Source: an uncultured Bdellovibrio sp.
Lineage (GTDB): Bacteria > Bdellovibrionota > Bdellovibrionia > Bdellovibrionales > Bdellovibrionaceae
Direction of reading: 5' to 3'
DNA: 64,000 nucleotides
Assembly (NCBI GenBank): GCA_964645745.1
Contig: CAZXZW010000002.1
Location: 5,299 to 69,298 of the forward strand
The first letter of the stretch is position 1. Every line of letters begins with the position of its first letter. The notes below the pieces were generated by a model. It did not search any database and was not told where the DNA came from. It saw only the letters and a list, made by a program, of their open reading frames with translations. Position numbers and translations under genes: made by a program. Below, piece after piece: positions 56,709 through 64,000 of the stretch.

Positions 56709-56806
56709 GGGCCAGGCGATCCATATCGCATAGCTCGTTAAACACCGTTGCTTCCTTCCGGACCTAGCGGATTCAGTAACAAGTCTATCGTATGGGACCT
56801 GGCCAC
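56709..56806 (-). ncRNA. ffs: Signal recognition particle RNA (small 4.5S type)
   Basis: The minus strand contains the universal domain IV core AGGTCCGGAAGGAAGCAAC (GGAA tetraloop). It is closed by the terminal helix GGCCAGG ... CCTGGCC. The element lies directly upstream of dnaX, a common location. Ends are approximate. Confidence 0.75.
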
Positions 56807-57087
56807 TTGTTGGTGTACTTGATTCAGTGAAATGTATCAAGTAAATGCCATGCTTGGCCCAGTGAAACAGGCCCTGGATGCTTATTTAAAGGCCAAATCT
56901 CCTGTTACAAGGCTGATAGGTGTAAAGATCGTAGACAGGAAATCACGTATCACTCTGAGACACTCTGAAATCGAAAATCCCTAGAACGAAATTAGACCAC
57001 TTTAAGCCTTCGAGAAACAGTTGGACCGGCTTTTGAAATAGAAAGCCTTGTATAGAAGTTTAAGAAAATTAAATTAATGGAGGCTTT

Positions 57088-58368
57088 ATGAAAGTCAGTT
57101 ATTCAAAATTATTAGTTCAAGGTGTGATCGCAACCGCTTTATTGATGTCGATGAGTTGTCAAAAAAAGGGAAGTGCTCGTGGTGTTCAACCAAACACAGT
57201 AACTAAAGCAGGAGCACCAACTGCAGGCGATGAGAATAAGAATGTTCAAGATCCTTCATTAAAAGATGTTCCAGGAACAAAAGATCAAACTGTAGTAACA
57301 AGTGGTGATAGAACTAAAGTAGAACCGCAAGTTTTACCACAGGCTGATTCTCCTGAGGTCGACGCCGAAAAAGTAGCGACAACATCATCTGCCGATAAAA
57401 CAACCGCAGCACCAGTAGCAACTAAAAAGAGTGCTGATGCTGATAAAAAAACAGAGAAAGCAACTGCTCCAGCTGTAGAAACAAAAACAGTTGAAGTTAA
57501 AGCCGCAGCTCCTAAAGCTTGCTCTGAAGTCATCGTTAAAAATGATGCTCAATTAAAAACTTTAGAAGCTAAAATCATCGAAGTTGATAAGCTTTCATCG
57601 ACTTTAGAAAAAGATAGAATTGCTAATTACACAACTTACCATCAATTATGTTTAGACTGGGCGAAAGCTTTCGAAACAGAAAAAATTGAATCATGCGAAG
57701 CGGATGGTAAAAATCGCGCAGTCAATAGCAAGTCAGTTTCTTGTATCAAGTACGCTTTAGCTTTAAAAGATTTAACAGGTAAAGAAAATACAATTTCAGC
57801 TAACGTAACTAAAGCGAGAAATGAAAGAATGGCTCAATTAAGAGCAGCTAAATTAGTTGTATCTGATGAAGCTAAAGAAATGTTTGCTAAAGAAAATACA
57901 TCTTGGAAAATGTTCATCGTTGATGGTGAATTACAAACAGATTCAGCTAAATTAGTAGATGCATTAAAAGCTAATAAAGTCGCATGTACGATTGCCGTAC
58001 CAGCGCAAGATAAATACACACACGCTCAAAACGTGATCGTAAATATCACAGCTGCTACTGAATTAATAGCGACAGATGAAGCTGACCCCGTTCAAAAAGG
58101 TGTTGAGCTTGCAATCAGAATGAAAGCTTCTGATAAAAATGCCACAGCTGAAGAAGCAGCTAAGGCAACTGAAGAAAAATCAGTGATGTTATGTTCGAAC
58201 TTAGATAGCAAGAACATGAATACAGCTGGATTACAAAAAGCTTTAGGTAAACACATCGCGGTTGCGGCTGCAGTAGCACCAACTGAGAAAACAGAAAAAG
58301 CTGATAAAGAAGACAAAGAAGAAAAGACTGAAGAAAAAACAGAAGAGAAAGTAGTTAAGAACAAATGA
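57088..58368 (+). CDS. Probable lipoprotein, Ala/Lys/Glu/Thr-rich (426 aa)
   Basis: Signal sequence with Cys (LLMSMSC), a long low-complexity N-terminal region, a C-terminal EKTEEKTEEK tail and 6 mature Cys. Confidence 0.6.
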   Translation: MKVSYSKLLVQGVIATALLMSMSCQKKGSARGVQPNTVTKAGAPTAGDENKNVQDPSLKDVPGTKDQTVVTSGDRTKVEPQVLPQADSPEVDAEKVATTSSADKTTAAPVATKKSADADKKTEKATAPAVETKTVEVKAAAPKACSEVIVKNDAQLKTLEAKIIEVDKLSSTLEKDRIANYTTYHQLCLDWAKAFETEKIESCEADGKNRAVNSKSVSCIKYALALKDLTGKENTISANVTKARNERMAQLRAAKLVVSDEAKEMFAKENTSWKMFIVDGELQTDSAKLVDALKANKVACTIAVPAQDKYTHAQNVIVNITAATELIATDEADPVQKGVELAIRMKASDKNATAEEAAKATEEKSVMLCSNLDSKNMNTAGLQKALGKHIAVAAAVAPTEKTEKADKEDKEEKTEEKTEEKVVKNK

Positions 58369-59180
58369 GAAATTTAATGGTACTTCTTGTATCCTTGATC
58401 TCTTTACATTCGCAGGCTTCAAATAACCAGATTTTCATAAATGAAGCTTTTGTTGAAACTCTAGATGTTAAAACTAAAGAAGCCGTTCAGCTACTAAGAA
58501 CGCCTTTTACTAAACCTGAGCAAATTACTCAGGTTTTTCATAATGTCGGTTCTTTATTGCATGATGCTCGAGATGGACGTGGTCTTTTTCTTGAGGTGTA
58601 TGCGACATCAAGTGAAAGCGTTAACGGCTTCATTAAAGATAGAAAATTCAAAAATCCTTATTGGGTCAATCAGCTTTTAATTTCATTCGGAAATATTTAC
58701 CGCGAGATTATTTTAGGTGAACTAGTAGGAGACGTTAAGAATGTTCCAAAAGCATGGCGTGAAGTTTTTAAAGCCATTAAAGATAAAAGTCCGCGATTAT
58801 CTTCTGAATTGATGGCCGCTATGCAAGCGCATATTTCACGCGACATGGTGTTTGCTCTTTTAGAGGTTAAAACGAACTTTAAATCTCCAACAGTAAAAGC
58901 TGACTACTTAAAAATTGCGGATGCCCTTAAGAATGAAACACCTGATATTTGGAAAGAAATAAAAAGCTACGGTCAGATGCGACAATTGCTTCCTTTGAAG
59001 TGGGAAGAAGAAATTTTAGTAGCTTGGACTATTAACTTAAGAAAAAGAGCTTGGACGCGTGCTAAAAACATCGCTGCTTGTAAAACGCCTGCTGAAGCTC
59101 AAAAAATGAGAGCTGAAGTTGAAACTAACGCAGAGAATAGAATCGAAGAAATAAACATTTTAGGCGGGCTTATTAAATAA
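58365..59180 (+). CDS. Secreted hypothetical protein (possibly DUF5995-like)
   Basis: ATGA overlap with the upstream gene, signal peptide ending HSQA. The motif MQAHISRDMVFAL resembles the family signature as I recall it. Confidence 0.45.
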   Translation: MRNLMVLLVSLISLHSQASNNQIFINEAFVETLDVKTKEAVQLLRTPFTKPEQITQVFHNVGSLLHDARDGRGLFLEVYATSSESVNGFIKDRKFKNPYWVNQLLISFGNIYREIILGELVGDVKNVPKAWREVFKAIKDKSPRLSSELMAAMQAHISRDMVFALLEVKTNFKSPTVKADYLKIADALKNETPDIWKEIKSYGQMRQLLPLKWEEEILVAWTINLRKRAWTRAKNIAACKTPAEAQKMRAEVETNAENRIEEINILGGLIK

Positions 59181-59188
59181 GGAATCAA

Positions 59189-59689
59189 ATGAATAAATCG
59201 ATAATCGTTATGTTGATCATTTTAAATTCGATTTTTGTTTATGCCGGCAGCGGTCAAATTAAAATTAAGTTAAAAAGTATTACTGATGTTGAAGCGAACT
59301 ATAATTCTGCAAATATAAATTTAATTAAATCGAACACTGGAGTTTTATTGCCTCAACAAATTGTTAAAGTAGATGAGTTAAATGTCGAGCCTGCTGCGAC
59401 AAAAAAGATGATGCGTTCTGAAAAAATGCTCAATGCTGAAAAATATCCGGAAATTATTTTATCTAAGGTTGTTTGTTCTTATACAACGTCTGATCAGGGT
59501 AATTGTACTGGTGATTTAAAGGTTAAAGGTGTAAGCAAACCTATCAGGCAGGCTGTCTTTAAAGTAGAAAAGAATATTTTTTATTTAAAGTTTAAATTTC
59601 TTCTCAGTGATTATAATATCGCTCGCAAAGCTCTGTTATTTAAAATTGATGATCTCGCTTTAGTCGAAGCAGCTATTCAACTTAATTAA
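59189..59689 (+). CDS. YceI-like periplasmic protein
   Basis: Signal peptide. AEKYPEIILSKV ... GDLKVKGVSKPI resembles the YceI domain. Confidence 0.5.
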   Translation: MNKSIIVMLIILNSIFVYAGSGQIKIKLKSITDVEANYNSANINLIKSNTGVLLPQQIVKVDELNVEPAATKKMMRSEKMLNAEKYPEIILSKVVCSYTTSDQGNCTGDLKVKGVSKPIRQAVFKVEKNIFYLKFKFLLSDYNIARKALLFKIDDLALVEAAIQLN

Positions 59690-60675
59690 AGAGAATGTGC
59701 AATACGGGCTAAGGACTCTGTTTCTTCGGCCCAGTATTTATACGTGTTAAATTCCGGAAATATTTTTGGGAAACTTGGATCGCTCCAACGATTTAAAATC
59801 CATGCGGCATAATTTATAATACGATAACCACGCAATAGCGGAATTAATGGTAATTCGTGGTATGGGAAGTGACGAAGTTCTTCATAACCCGACACAAATT
59901 CTTGAAATTCGTCTGTATCCTGAAAGTCTGTATCCTGAAAGTCTGTATCCGGCATGAGCATCCACACATCTTGAATCGAAGGCCCATTTACAAAGTCATC
60001 GAAATCGACCACGACAAAGCCGTCTGTGGGTGATTCTAAAATATTTCCGCGATGAAGATCGCCGTGAATACGAATGAGTTTTGTATCTGTCAGCACTTCA
60101 TCTAAACGAGAAAAAATGGTCTCGGCCGCATCAAAGTAATCGGCGCGAACTTCGGGTGATACGTGATCATATAATTGATCTAAGATGTCCCACTTGTTGT
60201 CGTTGGAAGGTCCTAATGTTGGACGATGAAGAGCGGTTTTTCTCTCGGCAATATTGTGTAATTGTCCCAGCCAGCGACCCATATGTTTGAAATGAATCGG
60301 CATCAGCTCTTGAAGAAGTCGTCCACGAATTTTCTCAAAGAATGTAAAATAAATGCCATCGAACACATCGACGGTAGACCCATTTTTAAGAGGGTAGGCG
60401 GTCGCCACAGCTAAAGATTCTTTTTTCAATTCAGCTTCAAAGGCGTGTTCATCGAGTAAAGTTTCGCGGCTCCAGCGAGCGGGGCGGTAGAATTTCGCGA
60501 TGAGTTCTGTCATAGGATAAGCGTCGCTTTGTTCTAATTTAATGTTGAAAACGCGGTTCTCGTAGGAGTTCAGCTGTTGAATTTCACCCGTCGGAATAAA
60601 GCCATTTTTCTCGACGCAATCAAGGATGGCGTCGGGGCTCAATTGATAGAAATTGGTGTTCGCGGGTTTTTGCAT
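59686..60675 (-). CDS. srkA: Stress-response Ser/Thr kinase SrkA (YihE/RdoA, APH-fold)
   Basis: LNSYENRVF, KFYRPARWS, HRPTLGP, RIHGDLHRGNIL, VDFDDFVNGPSIQDVWML and RWSDPSFPKIFP are colinear with my recollection of E. coli SrkA. Confidence 0.88.
   Translation of the reverse strand: MQKPANTNFYQLSPDAILDCVEKNGFIPTGEIQQLNSYENRVFNIKLEQSDAYPMTELIAKFYRPARWSRETLLDEHAFEAELKKESLAVATAYPLKNGSTVDVFDGIYFTFFEKIRGRLLQELMPIHFKHMGRWLGQLHNIAERKTALHRPTLGPSNDNKWDILDQLYDHVSPEVRADYFDAAETIFSRLDEVLTDTKLIRIHGDLHRGNILESPTDGFVVVDFDDFVNGPSIQDVWMLMPDTDFQDTDFQDTDEFQEFVSGYEELRHFPYHELPLIPLLRGYRIINYAAWILNRWSDPSFPKIFPEFNTYKYWAEETESLARIAHSL
59911..59950. repeat. 15-bp in-frame tandem repeat (about 2.7 copies) inside srkA
   Basis: gtctgtatcctgaaa repeated. 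It encodes DTDFQDTDFQDTDEFQ on the minus strand. Confidence 0.85.
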
Positions 60676-60828
60676 TTATGAAATATATCCGGAGATAGCT
60701 AGAAGTTCTACATTTATGTATGTCGTAAATGGTCTCTTTATGAGAATTTCGCGGCTCTAATCTCATATAACCGCGTAGGATAGGCATTGGTTTAGCATAT
60801 GACAATTGTAACCACTCTTGGAGGTTTT

Positions 60829-62148
60829 ATGAAGTTATTCAAAGTTACACGCTCATCTATTGCATCAACACTATCTATAGTATTGTGTGCGTCTGTTATT
60901 AGTAGTTGTGGATCGAGCAAAGATTCAAAGAAAGCTTCAGGTACTCCAACGATTGGTTCAACTTCAGGTACACCTACACCAGTTAATCCAGATGGAACTA
61001 CAGGAACAACGGGTTCAACAGGAACTACAGGTTCTACCGGAACTCCTTCAAATCAAATTCCTCAACCGACAAATCCAGAAGGTATTCCAGGAACTACGGG
61101 TGCTCCAGTTGGAACAACTCCTCCTCCAATTTCTCCTAATAATAACGGTGAGCAAGCAGCTCCAGTTGGTAAAGTTCCAGTAACTCCAAGTAAAGGTTCT
61201 GGTAGTGGTTCTTCTGAAGAAAAACCTAAAACATCAATTCCAGATTTCAAAGATGCTAAAGCAGTTGTAACAGGTGGCAAATCAGGTGATTTAAATTTCA
61301 CATCAGCTTCGGATGACGGTTTGATGGATGCGTTCAGAACAAATGCAGCAACAGTAGGAGCTGAACAACAAAAATTAAATAAAAATATCGCTCAAGCCAT
61401 TGCAGGTGCGCGTTTATTTAAAAGCGGCGCAGACATGAGTTTAGACTTAGTTGTGACTGAAGGCGGAGCAGCGAAGATCATCCGTTTAAAAGGCACGAAC
61501 GATGGATCTAAAATGAAATTATCATTACTTTCTTCAACAGCGGGTTCAGAGTTCCAAGGTGGATTCTTAAAATGTTTAGAAGCTTCATGTGATGATGCTT
61601 ACGCGAAAATTAAAATCGAAGGCGGATACGCTCGTATTATTTTCCGTAATACAAATATGAATAATTCATTCGGTATCCAAGAGAAAATCACAGATGCTGA
61701 TTTTACTAAATGGACTTCGTATATCTACAACACGATTCAAGGAACAAATCCGGCAGCAACGATCGCTTCAGTACGTGCTTCATCTTACGAAGTGTTAAAT
61801 GGTAAAGCTTCAATGGGAATTCAATTATTAACGAACGATAAAGAAGCGTTCAGTGTGGGAACTCCGTTATTAGCTCCTGAAGCGGGAACAGTAGTAGCTG
61901 TTGAAGCGACTAAATATAAAGATCCATCAGCGAACTACAACTTATCAACAACAACTGGAAAATCTTTTGTGTTATCACAATTAGTGAAATCAGTAAGCCT
62001 TGTGAATAACAATGGTAAAGGTCAGTTGAGATTAAAATTATCAATCGGTACAGGCGCGATCTGGATGACATTGTCACGTGTGCCTAAAACGACGATGACA
62101 GCTGCGGAAGTAAAAGCTTTCGAAGGAACTTTCCCTCAAGCTTGGTAA
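60829..62148 (+). CDS. Lipoprotein with a Gly-Thr-rich, Pro-rich N-terminal tract and a globular C-terminal domain
   Basis: Lipobox VISSCGSS, GTTGTTGSTGTTGSTGTP repeats and a Pro-rich linker. Start set at MKLFKV. Confidence 0.65.
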   Translation: MKLFKVTRSSIASTLSIVLCASVISSCGSSKDSKKASGTPTIGSTSGTPTPVNPDGTTGTTGSTGTTGSTGTPSNQIPQPTNPEGIPGTTGAPVGTTPPPISPNNNGEQAAPVGKVPVTPSKGSGSGSSEEKPKTSIPDFKDAKAVVTGGKSGDLNFTSASDDGLMDAFRTNAATVGAEQQKLNKNIAQAIAGARLFKSGADMSLDLVVTEGGAAKIIRLKGTNDGSKMKLSLLSSTAGSEFQGGFLKCLEASCDDAYAKIKIEGGYARIIFRNTNMNNSFGIQEKITDADFTKWTSYIYNTIQGTNPAATIASVRASSYEVLNGKASMGIQLLTNDKEAFSVGTPLLAPEAGTVVAVEATKYKDPSANYNLSTTTGKSFVLSQLVKSVSLVNNNGKGQLRLKLSIGTGAIWMTLSRVPKTTMTAAEVKAFEGTFPQAW

Positions 62149-62162
62149 TCATTTAGTATAAA

Positions 62163-62198
62163 GAAAGCGTACGAGTTACGCTTTTTCTATTTTTTTTA
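62163..62198 (+). terminator. Rho-independent terminator
   Basis: Inverted repeat gaaagcgta / tacgctttt followed by tctattttttttt. Confidence 0.65.
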
Positions 62199-62287
62199 CC
62201 TGGTCATTCTGACTCTAAAAATCTGGGCCCGTATATTGCTTTGTTTAAACGTACTTATTTAAATGAACACTAAATCGGGGGATTTTT

Positions 62288-62899
62288 ATGTTTTCAGCAC
62301 GTCTGAACAAGACTATTTTATCAGTTATTTCAATTACTTCACTAGTATCATCATTAGCGATGGCGCAATTAACACCAGGTGGCCCAGGCGGTGGTGGCGG
62401 AAGTAAACCTCCAAAGTATGATCCATGTGACGTTCCAACAGATCCTAACTGTCACGGTGGTGGCGGAATCACGCCGGGTCCTTCTCACCCATCTTATCCT
62501 TCGTACCCAGATTATCCATCGTATCCTTCATACCCAAGCTACCCAAGCGAGCCGTCATACCCTACTTACCCAGAGTATAACGAGACCTACATCACTAAAA
62601 CGATTTCTTTAAATCGTTCAGTGTATGACCAAACAATCAACTTAAACCGTTTGTTCAACTCTGATGGTCGTTACAATAACTACCGTGTTGTTTCTGTTTC
62701 TGCTTCAACAACGCCGAACAGCGCTGATACAACAAAAGCGAAATTAGTGATTAACGGTTCAGTTCACGATAGAGAGCGTAACCCAGGATACGACATCAAC
62801 TTGAAAGCGGATCGCGGAACTTATTTCAATTCAGATGTGAATTTGAAAATCGAAGGTTCGACTTACATTCAAGAATTAAGAATTCAATTAGCTTATTAA
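62288..62899 (+). CDS. Secreted Gly-rich / YPS-repeat protein, paralog 1 (203 aa)
   Basis: Signal peptide ending SLAMAQ, PGGPGGGGGSKPPKYDPCDVPTDPNCHGGGG, (P-S/D/E-Y) x10, and a ~105-aa C-terminal domain shared with the next gene. Confidence 0.7.
   Translation: MFSARLNKTILSVISITSLVSSLAMAQLTPGGPGGGGGSKPPKYDPCDVPTDPNCHGGGGITPGPSHPSYPSYPDYPSYPSYPSYPSEPSYPTYPEYNETYITKTISLNRSVYDQTINLNRLFNSDGRYNNYRVVSVSASTTPNSADTTKAKLVINGSVHDRERNPGYDINLKADRGTYFNSDVNLKIEGSTYIQELRIQLAY
62483..62578 (+). repeat. 9-nt periodic coding repeat (S/D/E-Y-P units)
   Basis: SHPSYPSYPDYPSYPSYPSYPSEPSYPTYPEY read from the sequence. Confidence 0.8.
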
Positions 62900-62934
62900 T
62901 ATTTTAACTTAAACACTAAATCGGGAGATTTTTT

Positions 62935-63816
62935 ATGTTCACAGCACTTAGCAAATCAGTTTTATCAGTGATCACAGTAACGCTTGTGTCATCTTTAGCG
63001 ATGGCGCAATTAACTCCGGGCGGACCAGGTGGCGGTCACGGTGGAAACCCTCCAAAATATAATCCATGTTCTGTTCCGACAGATCCAAATTGTCACGGTG
63101 GTGGCGGTCATCCAGGTCATGGTGGTGGCGGCGGAATCACGCCGGGTCCTTCTCACCCATCATATCCTTCGTACCCATCTCAACCATCTTACCCAAGCTA
63201 TCCGTCTTATCCTTCTACTAATTATGGAAGCTTAACAAGACAAGCGATCAACGGAAACTTAGGTCGTTGTACAGTAAGAACAAATGTATCTGGTCGTTAC
63301 AACCAACTTTACATTGGTGGAAACTTCTTAGGTAACTTCGAAAACGGAGCTTATGGTTACAACCAAAACCAACAGTTAGAAAACGCATTACGTGGTTACT
63401 ACCAAAACGGAAGATGTGATTATGGAACATACCCATCTAATCCATACCCTTCAAACCCGTACCCATCAAATCCATACCCAGATTATAACAACAACATCGT
63501 TAAAACGGTTCAAATCTACCGTTCAGTGATGAACCAATCTTTGGATTTACGTCGTTTATTTAACTTAGATAGCAACTACACTGGCTACCGTGTTGTTTCA
63601 GTTTCGGCTTCAACAACTCCAAACAGTCCAGCTGTAACGATCGCTAACTTATTAGTTAACGGTTATGTGATGGCGTCTGAGCGTAACCCAGGTCATGAAA
63701 TTTACTTAGCTCCGATGGAGCGCGTTCGTTTAGATAACAGCGGAACTCAAGTATTCTTAGGAATCCAAGGTTCAACTTATATCAACGAAATCCAAATCGA
63801 GTTATCTCGTAATTAA
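62935..63816 (+). CDS. Secreted Gly-rich / YPS-repeat protein, paralog 2 (293 aa)
   Basis: Same signal peptide end (SLAMAQLTPGGPGGG), same PPKY.PC.VPTDPNCHGGGG module, and YPS and NPYPS repeats. It has an extra ~90-aa Gly/Asn/Tyr-rich insert and a conserved C-terminal domain (YRVVSVSASTTPNS ... ERNPG ... GSTYI.E). Confidence 0.7.
   Translation: MFTALSKSVLSVITVTLVSSLAMAQLTPGGPGGGHGGNPPKYNPCSVPTDPNCHGGGGHPGHGGGGGITPGPSHPSYPSYPSQPSYPSYPSYPSTNYGSLTRQAINGNLGRCTVRTNVSGRYNQLYIGGNFLGNFENGAYGYNQNQQLENALRGYYQNGRCDYGTYPSNPYPSNPYPSNPYPDYNNNIVKTVQIYRSVMNQSLDLRRLFNLDSNYTGYRVVSVSASTTPNSPAVTIANLLVNGYVMASERNPGHEIYLAPMERVRLDNSGTQVFLGIQGSTYINEIQIELSRN
63151..63216 (+). repeat. 9-nt periodic coding repeat (S-Y-P units)
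   Basis: SHPSYPSYPSQPSYPSYPSYPS. Confidence 0.8.
63430..63486 (+). repeat. 12-nt periodic coding repeat (YPSN/PYPSN units)
   Basis: YPSNPYPSNPYPSNPYPDY. Confidence 0.8.
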
Positions 63817-63866
63817 TTAGTTCTTAAAAGCTGGGCAACCACGGATATTTTGGTTGTCATAGCCCT

Positions 63867-63902
63867 AACCTCATGAGATGAATTTCATGAGGTTTTTTTT
63901 GG
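63867..63902 (+). terminator. Rho-independent terminator
   Basis: 10-bp inverted repeat aacctcatga / tcatgaggtt followed by T8. Confidence 0.75.
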
Positions 63903-63912
63903 GGTGGGGAAA

Positions 63913-64000
63913 ATGCAAAATACGACAGAAGTGTTAAATCAAAACGTAGGAAATTCAAATAGTTCGTTAAATGCTCCGATGGTATCAGATTACATGGATT
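63913..64000 (+). CDS. 5' end of an unidentified ORF running off the window
   Basis: ATG preceded by GGGGTGGGGA. It reads MQNTTEVLNQNVGNSNSSLNAPMVSDYMD with no stop before the window end. Confidence 0.3.
   Translation, partial: MQNTTEVLNQNVGNSNSSLNAPMVSDYMD

Noticed and set aside
60887-61301. ORFs in alternative frames or on the opposite strand over the Gly-Thr/Pro-rich repeat region of the lipoprotein gene. The same occurs over the YPS-repeat genes (62379-62612, 63029-63235, 63248-63436).
   Set aside because: Repetitive low-complexity DNA stays open in several frames. The frames with a signal peptide and a conserved paralogous C-terminal domain are the credible ones.
1-64000. A scan for CRISPR arrays, rRNA genes, transposases/IS elements, integrases and toxin-antitoxin pairs.
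   Set aside because: I noticed none. The only repeats seen are the segmental duplication at 46.3/48.8 kb, the 27-nt PPTase fragment and the short in-frame coding repeats.

Overview
This 64-kb chromosomal segment comes from a low-GC Gram-negative bacterium. Its gene content suggests a Bdellovibrio-like predator, but that is an inference. The supporting genes are an MglA GTPase with Ser21 and no adjacent MglB, a TIGR02147-type regulator, a PilZ-like protein and many orphan signal-peptide proteins.

Most of the window is housekeeping:
- An obg / nadD-rsfS fusion / rlmH / comF / lolA-like / rimO operon, followed by nadE.
- A long minus-strand array: mdh-sucC-sucD-ndk, an rRNA methyltransferase, a PilW-like protein, a RodZ-like protein and a GT39 glycosyltransferase.
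- A CysK/CBS plus cystathionine gamma-lyase pair.
- An SRP RNA / dnaX / ybaB / recR / mglA / nadA / PPTase array, all minus strand.

One tRNA (Phe, GAA) and one probable 4.5S-type SRP RNA are present. I saw no rRNA, CRISPR array, transposase or integrase.

Main points of interest:
1. An accessory block of about 11 kb lies between tRNA-Phe and udk. Its core is six consecutive co-oriented genes for signal-peptide, mostly Cys-rich proteins with no motif I can recognise. An XRE-type HTH gene sits upstream and an ORF6N gene sits at the far end. This is my best candidate for an undescribed extracytoplasmic system.
2. A compact operon, mmsA / GTP-cyclohydrolase-II-like (URC1-like) / DUF1688 (URC4-like) / upp / udk, looks like a bacterial version of the URC uracil-catabolic pathway.
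3. A decayed segmental duplication brackets a 3-gene cassette. It comprises a PilZ-like gene plus promoter and a truncated copy, with a stray 27-nt PPTase gene fragment beside the copy.
4. Two tandem paralogs encode secreted Gly-rich and YPS-repeat proteins.

All functional calls come from reading the translated ORFs and recalled family motifs. No searches were run.
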